IMG/VR virus record: IMGVR_UViG_2671180139_000002
Location: 39,803-103,802 of that record
Direction: 5' to 3' (one strand)
Length of the DNA stretch: 64,000 bases
DNA from: a virus
Lineage: Duplodnaviria > Heunggongvirae > Uroviricota > Caudoviricetes
Shown piece after piece: positions 42,877 to 51,081 of the stretch. The position numbers and the translations under genes are program-made. How positions within the stretch are numbered: the stretch's first letter is position 1; the number at the start of each line of letters is the position of its first letter. The notes beneath the pieces were generated by a model. The model saw only the letters and a list, made by a program, of their open reading frames with translations. It was not told where the DNA came from and did not search any database.

Positions 42877-43467
42877 ATGAACTGGTATTTGAAGGCGATG
42901 CGCCGCTACTTCGAGTGGCGTGGTCGATCGGCGCGGGCCGAGTTTTGGTACTTCACGCTCTTTTATCTGATAATCTCCTTCCTCAGCGGTGTGGTCGATT
43001 ACCTCCTTGGCTACACCGATGTCGATCAGCTTACCCCGGTAAACACCCTGGTGATCCTGGTCCACATCATCCCGACGATCACCGTCTCCATCCGCCGCTT
43101 TCATGATAGAGATCAGAGCGGCTGGCGGACACTCGGTCTCATCGTTCCGATCGCCAATCTGGTGCTGCTCGCTGACCTCGCCCGAAGGGGAACAGACGGG
43201 CCCAATCGATTTGGCGACGATCCGCTCGACCCCATTGCCGATCCTCACGTCCATTCTCGTCTTCTTCAAGCTGGCGCCCCTAGAAGCGTACCTGTTGTCA
43301 ACCCGAGAAGACCCACATTCACTTCTCACAACGCCGCCGTACCCAGCTCCAGCAACAGCTTGATTGAAGAGATCGAGCGTTTGGATCAGCTTCGGCGAAA
43401 CGGCGTCATCTCCGAGCAGGAGTTCGATCGTCTGAAAGCCAACACCATGAAGCGAGCTGACGCATAA
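42877..43467 (+). CDS. DUF805-family inner-membrane protein with C-terminal SHOCT domain
   Basis: MNWYLKAMRRYFEWRGRSARAEFWYF...IRRFHDRDQSGW is the DUF805 signature; C-terminal LIEEIERLDQLRRNGVISEQEFDRLKAN is SHOCT-like. Confidence 0.7.
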   Translation: MNWYLKAMRRYFEWRGRSARAEFWYFTLFYLIISFLSGVVDYLLGYTDVDQLTPVNTLVILVHIIPTITVSIRRFHDRDQSGWRTLGLIVPIANLVLLADLARRGTDGPNRFGDDPLDPIADPHVHSRLLQAGAPRSVPVVNPRRPTFTSHNAAVPSSSNSLIEEIERLDQLRRNGVISEQEFDRLKANTMKRADA

Positions 43468-43898
43468 TGAACCCCGACGTTTCTACGGGCCTTCTGCTCA
43501 TCGTCATCCTGATTGCGCTCTATCTGTTGCCCGCGATCATCGCCTTCTCACGAGGGCACCATAACCGGGTCGCCATCCTCGTTCTCAACTTGCTGCTGGG
43601 ATGGTCAGTTCTCGGTTGGATCGCCGCGCTGGTTTGGTCGTTCACGGCGGTCGAGCGTGCGCCAGGCGTCATTTATACCGATCAGCGAGCCCGTGAGCCA
43701 CGAACCGTTCGTATTGAGCCCGTTTCGCCCGTTCGGCAGATCGAACCTGTGGTGTCGGCCGAACCGCCGGCGAGCTTAGACGGGGCCGATATCGAAGAGC
43801 ATTTGCGCCATCTTGAGGCGTTAAGAGGTCGCGGCGTGATCACCGAGGAAGAACTGCGCGAACTCAGGCTGAAGGCGATCAGCCACTCCGTCCGATAG
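43467..43898 (+). CDS. superinfection immunity (Imm-family) membrane protein with C-terminal SHOCT domain
   Basis: LYLLPAIIAFSRGHHNRVAILVLNLLLGWSVLGWIAALVWSF matches the Imm_superinfect signature; C-terminal LRHLEALRGRGVITEEELRELRLKA is SHOCT-like. Confidence 0.65.
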   Translation: MNPDVSTGLLLIVILIALYLLPAIIAFSRGHHNRVAILVLNLLLGWSVLGWIAALVWSFTAVERAPGVIYTDQRAREPRTVRIEPVSPVRQIEPVVSAEPPASLDGADIEEHLRHLEALRGRGVITEEELRELRLKAISHSVR

Positions 43899-43993
43899 GC
43901 GATCTCGACACCACCGGAAGTAGCATGGTGGGACGCACCCGGACCATGCTCCTCTCAACTCGTTCTTCGTTCTCGAAGAGCGGGAGAGAGATA

Positions 43994-44434
43994 ATGAGAA
44001 GCATCATTCAGGTGGCAGAGGTGTTGTCGGTGATCAGCTTCGTCGCGTTCTGTTTGATGGGCGCGGTGACCCTCTGGATCCAACAAAAGGCAGCAGCGGC
44101 CGCCGGCGCAGCCACAACCAGTGCGGCTGGTGCCGCCGCGAGCGCCGCGGCACAGCCTACAGCCGATCAGCACGGCTTCGCAGCCGATGCGTTGCAGACT
44201 GCAGTCGACCTGGTGAAAGCAATTCCTGCAGCAATGGAGGCCGTCGTAAAGGCAGGACCCGCCATGGCGGCACTTCTTGCTTCCATACTCTTTCTGGCGA
44301 TCGCGGCCACGGTCGCGATCGAGCGCCAGCCGAAACTCTCATGCTCGATCCCCGCGCAGACGGGCCTGACCCTTGACCAAAACAAGTTGAAAGATGCGGT
44401 GACGGTGATCTGCGTGGGCGTCAAGAAGAGCTAG
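43994..44434 (+). CDS. membrane protein (Ala-rich, 2-3 TM)
   Basis: Hydrophobic helices at both ends and a poly-Ala central segment; third gene of the plus-strand island. Confidence 0.4.
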   Translation: MRSIIQVAEVLSVISFVAFCLMGAVTLWIQQKAAAAAGAATTSAAGAAASAAAQPTADQHGFAADALQTAVDLVKAIPAAMEAVVKAGPAMAALLASILFLAIAATVAIERQPKLSCSIPAQTGLTLDQNKLKDAVTVICVGVKKS

Positions 44435-44534
44435 CTTCTCCGCCATCGACGATTTCACCGGCCCGCCGGCGTCAATCCCCTACCCTGCTCCTGTCCTGTG
44501 AATAACGGGACTCGCCACCTCATCCCGAATCGCG

Positions 44535-44548
44535 CATCACTTGTGATG
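44535..44548. promoter_or_regulatory. perfect inverted repeat CATCACttGTGATG upstream of the RHH gene
   Basis: ~25 nt upstream of the 44573 start; operator-like. Confidence 0.4.
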
Positions 44549-44572
44549 CTTCCGTGGTGAACGAGGCGTTTT

Positions 44573-44791
44573 ATGGATCGAGCAGTGGATCAGAGCAGCC
44601 ACCGGCGCCGCATGGCGCAGCACAGAGAGCAGCGCAAGGCCGAAGGGTTTCGCGAGGCTAATGTGTGGTTGCGCCAGGATACGCTCGCCGAAATCGACGA
44701 GCTGGTCGCGTCTGGACAGTTCCGCAATCGATCCGAAGCCATCGCTGCCGCCGCGCAAGCCTTCTTCAAGGAGAAGACTTTGAACACGTAA
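44573..44791 (+). CDS. ribbon-helix-helix (CopG/ParD-like) DNA-binding protein
   Basis: WLRQDTLAEIDELVASGQFRNRSEAIAAAAQAFF has the RHH beta-alpha-alpha pattern. Confidence 0.55.
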   Translation: MDRAVDQSSHRRRMAQHREQRKAEGFREANVWLRQDTLAEIDELVASGQFRNRSEAIAAAAQAFFKEKTLNT

Positions 44792-44929
44792 CCGCAAAAG
44801 CAAAAGGGCCTACGAGGTTGGCGCCTCGTAAGCCCTTGATGTTGATCACCGCCTGGTAAGGCAGACAACCGCGCTTCAGCAACGCGAATCTGCCCCTCCA
44901 GTCCGAAGAAGTCAAGTGACACCTTCGCG

Positions 44930-46102
44930 GTGAACGGCATCGCTTTGCCTGAAAACGGGGAATTGATGCAGACCGTCCCATCGGGCGGCCGACGGCTCAC
45001 GCCTGCCGTTTTGGCCGGGAGAGAACTCGCGTTCGAGAAAGAGCGCACCGTCTCTCGTAAGGAATTGGCGCAAACCGCTCGTGAAGCTGAGAAAGCTCTC
45101 TCGCTGCGGCCCGGGCTGCGTCTGGTCCTCCATGAGCTTGTTGGCTCTTGGGGCGAACAGGACTTCGAGGGCAAGCTTCTGGTCTGGCCGTCGAATGATT
45201 ACCTGGTCGCGCGCACCGGCTTGTCGGAACGCACCGTGCGGTATGCGGTCAGCCAGCTTGTGGAGCTGCAGCTCGTCTCCTCGAAGGACTCCGCGAATGG
45301 GAAGCGCTTCGCTATTCGCGATCGCGCCGGCGAGATCGTGGACGCCTTCGGCTTCGACCTGACGCCTCTCTATGCGCGCCGGGGAGAGTTCACTGCCGAG
45401 ATCGAGCGCCAGAAGCTCGCGCGTGACGCCCAGGGGCGCTTGTTCGACCAGATTACGATCTGTCGCCGGGCGACGGAGGAAGCGCTCAGCGCGCTCGCGG
45501 AGCATTTCCCGGGTGTCGTCACTGCTGATCTGATCGAAGCGCTGGATGAGCTTCGCGAGCGTACTCCGCGACGTGGTTCCATGCGGCCAATCGAACGGCT
45601 TGTCGGTGAGTGGTTAGAGATCCGAAGGCTTGCCGAGAAGCGCTATTATGAGTCCGCCAATGGCGGCAATTCTTGCCGCCACAAAGAAACAAACAACGAC
45701 TCCCCTAGTGAGTCTTGTACAAAGGTCGATGAGGGAGTTGGTTCAGCGGAACGGCCCGTTTCCCTCACACTCGGCCTCGTATTGGATGCCTGCCCTGCCC
45801 TTTCGATGTATCCGCGGCCGATCCGCAGCGAAAATGACCTGATCGACGCTGGAAAGCATCTTCGATCCATGCTGAGCGCACATCCGAGCGCCTGGCGAGA
45901 GGCCGTTGAGGCGATCGGACCCGTGCGAGCTGCCGGCGCCGTTGCTCTCGTGCTCCAGCTCTATGAAGACGATCAGGCCGCGGGCACGAACCGGATCCGA
46001 AATCCTGGCGGCTACTTCCGAGCCATGGTGCGCATGGTCGCCGAGGGCCGGGTCGACCTGCAGACGGAGATCATCGCGCTTCGGAAACGTCGGCTCTGCT
46101 GA
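44930..46102 (+). CDS. repC: RepC-like plasmid replication initiator (repABC family)
   Basis: LLVWPSNDYLVARTGLSERTVRYAVSQLVELQLVSSKDSANGKRFAIRDRAGEIVDAFGFDLTPLYARRGEF...ICRR aligns closely with RepC proteins; an internal AT-rich stretch lies at ~45640-45730. The true start may be the second Met at 44966. Confidence 0.7.
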   Translation: MNGIALPENGELMQTVPSGGRRLTPAVLAGRELAFEKERTVSRKELAQTAREAEKALSLRPGLRLVLHELVGSWGEQDFEGKLLVWPSNDYLVARTGLSERTVRYAVSQLVELQLVSSKDSANGKRFAIRDRAGEIVDAFGFDLTPLYARRGEFTAEIERQKLARDAQGRLFDQITICRRATEEALSALAEHFPGVVTADLIEALDELRERTPRRGSMRPIERLVGEWLEIRRLAEKRYYESANGGNSCRHKETNNDSPSESCTKVDEGVGSAERPVSLTLGLVLDACPALSMYPRPIRSENDLIDAGKHLRSMLSAHPSAWREAVEAIGPVRAAGAVALVLQLYEDDQAAGTNRIRNPGGYFRAMVRMVAEGRVDLQTEIIALRKRRLC

Positions 46103-47509
46103 TCAGAAGAGCTTAAAGTGGGTCACCGGCTTGAAGATATCTCCTACGGCCTTCTCAACCTTGTAGATATCGTTTCCGGGACCTGGACCGTGTTGAAGAT
46201 CGTGAAGACCATTGTTGAGAGCCTCTACGGTTTTCCCTCGAAGCCCGAAAGGATCCTCTATCGTCTTCAGAGCCTGATAAGCTACGCTATTCTCCCCGAG
46301 AGCGTGTTTAATCATGTCATCCCGTTGGTGCAGTAGTTTGACAAAGTCATTATTTGGACCAAAGCACCCGTCGTCTGTGCCAATACCATGTTCGAGACAC
46401 TTTCCAAGCTCGCGCTCAAGAAGCTTACCGCCTGTGCAGACGACATACGCATGGGGCTCCATCTTGGTGTCGATCGCGCAACCTAGAGCGATCTGTTGCT
46501 CCGGAGTAGCATTACGGGCAATCGCGCAGACCATAGCAGCCGAGAGACTATCTTTGTTTTGGGTGAGACATGCGAGGTAGTACCGCTGATCCTCGTTCAT
46601 AAATGGGTCAGCCACGCAAACTGCCCGGTCGGTGTTGCTATGCGCCTTGTCCACGCACTTTTTGAGATTGGTCACCTTGTCGTATATTTCGGTGAATCGC
46701 TTCCCACCGGTGGAACAAGCTAGAGCTCTGACGCGATCCTCGTCGTTATCCTCAAGGCACTTTTCCGTGGTTCGGTATGAGCGCGGAAGCGCGCGCTCGA
46801 CAACACAGGACTGAAACTCATCCTCGGTATTTGAACCTTCCTGACATTCCCGCAGACCATCCAAGCTGGGTATCGGAGGCGCTGCCAGCATCGTCTCGGA
46901 CTGAGCCGTCCCCGAGTTGGTGATCAGCCCCTCGCCATTCATGCCTTCGGTCGGCACAGAGACGGATAATCCCGCGGGAGTTATGCTGCCGAAGCCATTC
47001 GGGTTGATGAAAATCGGGCCAGGATCGGAAGGCGGAGGCGGTGCGCAGATTAGCGCTCCAGGAAGCCCACAAGGCAATGCTGACAGGCAGGTAGGAAAAG
47101 GTGGAGTCCCGCAAGCTGGTGCGACCGGGAATGGTGGAAACGGGAATCCGGGCGGTGGAGGGCACGCGATCGTGCCCGGTAAGCCACACGCGCGCGGCAT
47201 CGGGCAAGGAGACAGGCCCATTGCACCGCAGAACGGCTCACCTGATGAACCTACAATCGGCTGGACCACCGACCCAGTGGGAGAGCCGAAACAGGGACCG
47301 TTGTTGATGCAAGACTCGAAAGTCGGAGTATCGACAAAGAGCCCGCTACAAGCTTGCATCAACTGCGTGTTGACCGCTCCAACGTGCCAGCAGTCGATTA
47401 TCTTAGATCTCGGAGAGGCTTGTGAGTGGACAGCGTTCGTGACGCTGACGATAAGTATGACGCTTATGCAAAACCGCAGTAAAGCCGAACGTGAAAGTGT
47501 TGCGCCCAT
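46103..47509 (-). CDS. secreted Cys- and Pro-rich protein (signal peptide)
   Basis: N-terminal signal peptide (LLRFCISVILIVSVTNAVHSQA); about 40 Cys; repeated CGxPG...PPPP segments; the DNA is lower in GC than its surroundings. Confidence 0.55.
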   Translation of the reverse strand: MGATLSRSALLRFCISVILIVSVTNAVHSQASPRSKIIDCWHVGAVNTQLMQACSGLFVDTPTFESCINNGPCFGSPTGSVVQPIVGSSGEPFCGAMGLSPCPMPRACGLPGTIACPPPPGFPFPPFPVAPACGTPPFPTCLSALPCGLPGALICAPPPPSDPGPIFINPNGFGSITPAGLSVSVPTEGMNGEGLITNSGTAQSETMLAAPPIPSLDGLRECQEGSNTEDEFQSCVVERALPRSYRTTEKCLEDNDEDRVRALACSTGGKRFTEIYDKVTNLKKCVDKAHSNTDRAVCVADPFMNEDQRYYLACLTQNKDSLSAAMVCAIARNATPEQQIALGCAIDTKMEPHAYVVCTGGKLLERELGKCLEHGIGTDDGCFGPNNDFVKLLHQRDDMIKHALGENSVAYQALKTIEDPFGLRGKTVEALNNGLHDLQHGPGPGNDIYKVEKAVGDIFKPVTHFKLF

Positions 47510-47540
47510 GGAAGTATAGCCTCATGTTGAGACAAGGACG

Positions 47541-47789
47541 TCAATGATAGTTAGCTTTGCATACGTCGTAGCAGTTACTCCATTTCTGCCGGCATATTGT
47601 CTGCTCTTGAAAGCCGGTACACGCTCTGTACTCGATCTCGCACTGCTGACTACACACCTCGAAACCAGAGATAACCAAGATCAGAGGTTCTGACCGCTTG
47701 GGCTCCGGTTCGTTGAGTGATTCAGTCGCATAGGTGAGCGATGTGGAGCTTAGAGTGATTGTTATGAGAGCGACGACAACACGAAACAT
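47541..47789 (-). CDS. small secreted Cys-rich protein
   Basis: Signal peptide MFRVVVALITITLSSTSLTYA followed by 8 Cys in a ~50-aa mature peptide; lower-GC DNA. Confidence 0.45.
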   Translation of the reverse strand: MFRVVVALITITLSSTSLTYATESLNEPEPKRSEPLILVISGFEVCSQQCEIEYRACTGFQEQTICRQKWSNCYDVCKANYH

Positions 47790-47900
47790 GGCGACCTCCA
47801 GAAAGGATACTAGCTCCCATTTTTTGGAGACAGGGGGCTCTACCTGAAGCCGCGATCGTAGTTGCCCTTGAAATGCCGGATCAACACAGCCGAAAGACTT

Positions 47901-47936
47901 AAAAAAAAAAGGAGCGGCGCCTTTCGGGACCGCTCC
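47901..47936 (-). terminator. intrinsic terminator (hairpin plus T10) on the minus strand
   Basis: Minus strand reads GGAGCGGtcccgaaaggcgCCGCTCC followed by TTTTTTTTTT. Confidence 0.65.
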
Positions 47937-47956
47937 TCACACCACACAAGAGGAAA

Positions 47957-47975
47957 CACGACTTTTGAAGTCGTG
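47957..47975 (-). other. second perfect hairpin CACGACTTttgaAGTCGTG
   Basis: Lies between the motif at 47997..48017 and the terminator. Confidence 0.4.
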
Positions 47976-47996
47976 CCTATTCTACGAAGCGCCAGA

Positions 47997-48017
47997 TGAT
48001 AAGTAAATACTGAACAC
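47997..48017. promoter_or_regulatory. motif instance (GATAAGTAAATACTGAACAC) directly downstream of the ligase stop
   Basis: Near-identical to the copy at 41895. Confidence 0.45.
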
Positions 48018-48041
48018 TCCGCGAATTCACGAAATCGCGAT

Positions 48042-49391
48042 TTATGCCGCCTCTTTCAGCCTATCGTCCTTGTCATCGCGGAAGCGAACGAACCGCGGAT
48101 GACGGAGCGACCCGTCGGGCGTCACTTCATGGTACTCGACCTCGATCAGGCGCCCGATCAGCTCATTCTCCACGCCGCGATTATAGGCGTCCCAGAACTC
48201 GATGCGCTGCTGATCGGAGAAGCCGCCGCCGACACGGACCTGAACCCCTTCCCGATCGACGATGATGCCGCCGAGCTGGCCCTCGTACTTGCCCGAGCCC
48301 TCGAAAGCACCGACGATCCGAAGGTCCTCCGTTTCCTCGCCCTTGATCTTGAGCCACTGGTGCGAGCGCTTCTTGTGATAGGCGCCGGCGAGCGGCTTCA
48401 CCATCGCACCCTCGAGACCTGCAGCCTGGAAGTTCTCGTAAAACTGCATGATCTCGGAATGCGAATTGGCGAAATAGCGATTTGACGTCCGGATAGGGGC
48501 GCCCTTCGGAGCCTGCTTCACCACCCAGTCGAGGAATGCGCGCCGCGCCGCGTAGTTGATGGGGATCTCGTTCAGATCGTTGTTGAGGAACGCCTCGTAA
48601 GGCAGGGCCTCGAACACCATCAGTTCCGCATCCGTTGCCGATTCGGACTTGCGGCGCACGTCGCCGACGGTCTTGTTGAAGGAGCCGGAGACCACCTCGC
48701 TATCAAGCGCCAGGCGTGCCTCGTCACCGCCGAGCCACTCGCGGTAGAGCGCCCGCTTCTCCTCGTCCTCGATCGTGCCGAGAGCCGCGCGAGCATTGTC
48801 GAGCATCGCCACCACATGCGGGCCGAGGTGCTCGACCGCGGGAAACGGCTTACCAGTCCTGGAGAAGAACTGCGCCGCGCCGTCGCGGGCCAGGGCGATA
48901 TTGCGAACGCCGTCGTACTTGGGCTCGACCGCAACGGGCCATGCCTTGATGCGCTTCTCCTCGAACTTGTGCGCGAGCATCACGTCGAAGGTGGGAATGG
49001 TGCCGGGAAGAACCTTGTTCACGGTCTTGGCAGTGATGCCGCAGCGCAGGTCCTTGGAGAGGATGCGCCAGAGGAGCTCGGCCGCGTCGGGCGCCAGGCC
49101 CAAAAGCGTGTCCAGAACGTGCTGCTGAGCCGAGCCGCCGGTGATCGCGCGATCCTTCAGCGCGTCGAGAAGGCCCCAGACGACGCGATTGTCGGCATCG
49201 AATTGAAGCGTACCCTCGGTCTCGACCTTCGGCGGCGTAAGGCCAAAGGTGACAAAGGGATCGTAGGCATACTTCACAACCTGCTTCATCATCGGATCAC
49301 CGATGACACGTTCCAGGATCTCCTCCTTTTCCGTCCGCGAGTTGGTGTCAGCGATCTGATTGAGGACCGCGAGGGCGTCATAGGAATTCAT
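48042..49391 (-). CDS. ATP-dependent DNA ligase
   Basis: Adenylation motif I KYDGVR (EPKYDGVRNIA), further nucleotidyltransferase motifs and an OB domain; 449 aa. Confidence 0.85.
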   Translation of the reverse strand: MNSYDALAVLNQIADTNSRTEKEEILERVIGDPMMKQVVKYAYDPFVTFGLTPPKVETEGTLQFDADNRVVWGLLDALKDRAITGGSAQQHVLDTLLGLAPDAAELLWRILSKDLRCGITAKTVNKVLPGTIPTFDVMLAHKFEEKRIKAWPVAVEPKYDGVRNIALARDGAAQFFSRTGKPFPAVEHLGPHVVAMLDNARAALGTIEDEEKRALYREWLGGDEARLALDSEVVSGSFNKTVGDVRRKSESATDAELMVFEALPYEAFLNNDLNEIPINYAARRAFLDWVVKQAPKGAPIRTSNRYFANSHSEIMQFYENFQAAGLEGAMVKPLAGAYHKKRSHQWLKIKGEETEDLRIVGAFEGSGKYEGQLGGIIVDREGVQVRVGGGFSDQQRIEFWDAYNRGVENELIGRLIEVEYHEVTPDGSLRHPRFVRFRDDKDDRLKEAA

Positions 49392-49594
49392 GCGTGGTGA
49401 TCCTTCTCTCCCATGTAGGATTTGACCGTCATTTCCGGTGTCGTCTTGCCGGGGACTGCGCGCAGCCGGACGCCGTTGAAGCTGACGACGGTATGCAGCC
49501 CGGTGAGGTTGGCGATCCGGTGCATCTCCTCGGCGACATCTCCAAGCTCGGAGCCTGGGAACGGACGAAGCTCAAGTTCGAGCACGGGCCTCAT
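49388..49594 (-). CDS. hypothetical protein
   Basis: 68-aa ORF coupled to the ligase gene (4-nt overlap). Confidence 0.3.
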   Translation of the reverse strand: MRPVLELELRPFPGSELGDVAEEMHRIANLTGLHTVVSFNGVRLRAVPGKTTPEMTVKSYMGEKDHHA

Positions 49595-50289
49595 GCGGCT
49601 CTCCCGGCGGCCGCTCGGGCCCGCTCCAGGAGCGACATGCGCGCCTTGGGCTTCGGGGTCGACGTCGCCGCCGATGCAGCGGGCTCTGCGGACGTCGTCA
49701 TCGCCATGTTGATGGCGGCGGACATATCCCCGCTCTCGGCGGCAAGAACGGCGTCAGCGGGCTCCGGAGCGCGTTCCTTGACGCTCTCGGCCGGAGGCTT
49801 GCGACTGCGACGAGAAACGGGTGCCGTCTCCCGCTGCACATCCTCCAGTTCGACTGACGTTTTGCGGGTCGAGCGCTTGGACTGCTTGCCGCTCACCCAG
49901 GCGCCGGCGGCTTCGTTCGCTGCCAGGATCAGCTCGCGCTCCTTGGGTGTGACGGCATATTCGTCGAGGAGCTTGGGCGAGACCAGGACCGGCATGATCC
50001 GCTCGATGTGACGATCCTTCAGAGAGCCGACGCGCTTCTCGTCAGCATGATACGGATCGTCGGGCAGACGGCCAAAGTCCTGGATGATGTTGTTGATCGG
50101 GCATTTGCTGGCGCTCATGCACGCCTGGCAGCCCTTTCGCTGCTCGGGGCGCCGGCCCTTCCAGACCAGATCGCGCAAGGAGACGCAGGTGGCGAACCGG
50201 GTCTCCACGTTGAAGATCGGACAGACGAAGTGAAAGAGGTTCGCCGGCGACAGCGACTTGCGCCGCATGAGAGCGTATTGAATTCCCAT
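49591..50289 (-). CDS. Cys-rich hypothetical protein
   Basis: CPIF...C...C..C..C cluster in the N-terminal third; acidic/Ala-rich C-terminus. Confidence 0.4.
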   Translation of the reverse strand: MGIQYALMRRKSLSPANLFHFVCPIFNVETRFATCVSLRDLVWKGRRPEQRKGCQACMSASKCPINNIIQDFGRLPDDPYHADEKRVGSLKDRHIERIMPVLVSPKLLDEYAVTPKERELILAANEAAGAWVSGKQSKRSTRKTSVELEDVQRETAPVSRRSRKPPAESVKERAPEPADAVLAAESGDMSAAINMAMTTSAEPAASAATSTPKPKARMSLLERARAAAGRAA

Positions 50290-50585
50290 CAGAACATTCC
50301 CCAGGCTGAAGAGGTGACGACCTCAAGGGCGTCGGCGATCGCATCGAGCTCCGCGGCACTGGCGGCCGCGGCCTCAAGCTTCTCCACGCGGCGTTGGATC
50401 AGGTTGGCGATCTGCTGACCTGGCGCCTTCAGCGCGGTCACGATCTCGGTTTCGGCGGCGAGTTCGGCCATCCGCAGGCCGAAGGCGATCACGTCGCTTG
50501 TTGTCGGAATGAACTCGCCCGGAATGACCGAGCAGAAATCACTCAGCTCCAGTGTCGACGGCGCTATTCCCGCAATACCACCCAT
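50289..50585 (-). CDS. WGxF-tail family protein
   Basis: 98 aa ending SSAWGMF-COOH. Confidence 0.45.
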   Translation of the reverse strand: MGGIAGIAPSTLELSDFCSVIPGEFIPTTSDVIAFGLRMAELAAETEIVTALKAPGQQIANLIQRRVEKLEAAAASAAELDAIADALEVVTSSAWGMF

Positions 50586-51022
50586 CAGAACAGACCCCAG
50601 TCAGGGTTCGCAGCCACGCGATCGGCAACCGTGACTTCGGGCTCGGGCTCTGCTGCGAATGCGTCGTCACTGACCTTGCTGATGCCGCCCCCGAGCATGT
50701 CGACCAGGGTCTTGCCCATCACGGTCCACCAAGCGCCGAGCGCCCCCTTGAGCGCATCGAGATCGACAACCGTCGTATTGAGCTTCGTGAGCTCCCGCTC
50801 GTAGCCGCCGTTCTCCTTCTGCCGGAGCTTGCTGTTGTAGTTGCGCTCGGCGTCCAGGCTGTTCGCGTAACGATCAACCTTGGTCTGGCCCCATGCCTCG
50901 GCCTTGCCCCAGCGGTTCACGACCACCGAGGTGCCGTCGGCCGCGGTCAGTCTGAGCAGGTGATAGTCCTTCGTGCCCTGACGGTGTCTCAACGACACCC
51001 GGCTGACGATTACCGGAAACAT
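50585..51022 (-). CDS. WGxF-tail family protein
   Basis: Ends NPDWGLF-COOH (same heptapeptide as 20196..20789). Start placed at the internal ATG (MFPVIV...), which sits ~22 nt downstream of the motif copy; the track start is 51085. Confidence 0.45.
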   Translation of the reverse strand: MFPVIVSRVSLRHRQGTKDYHLLRLTAADGTSVVVNRWGKAEAWGQTKVDRYANSLDAERNYNSKLRQKENGGYERELTKLNTTVVDLDALKGALGAWWTVMGKTLVDMLGGGISKVSDDAFAAEPEPEVTVADRVAANPDWGLF

Positions 51023-51040
51023 CGCTTGCGTCTCTTGTGT

Positions 51041-51067
51041 GTCAGTGTGTGCTGACTTTCTTATAGC
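51041..51067. promoter_or_regulatory. motif instance GTCAGTGTGTGCTGACTTTCTTATAGC (gene-strand GCTATAAGAAAGTCAGC...)
   Basis: Upstream of the WGLF gene and downstream of the primase stop. Confidence 0.45.
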
Positions 51068-51081
51068 AGCGTGAACACGGA

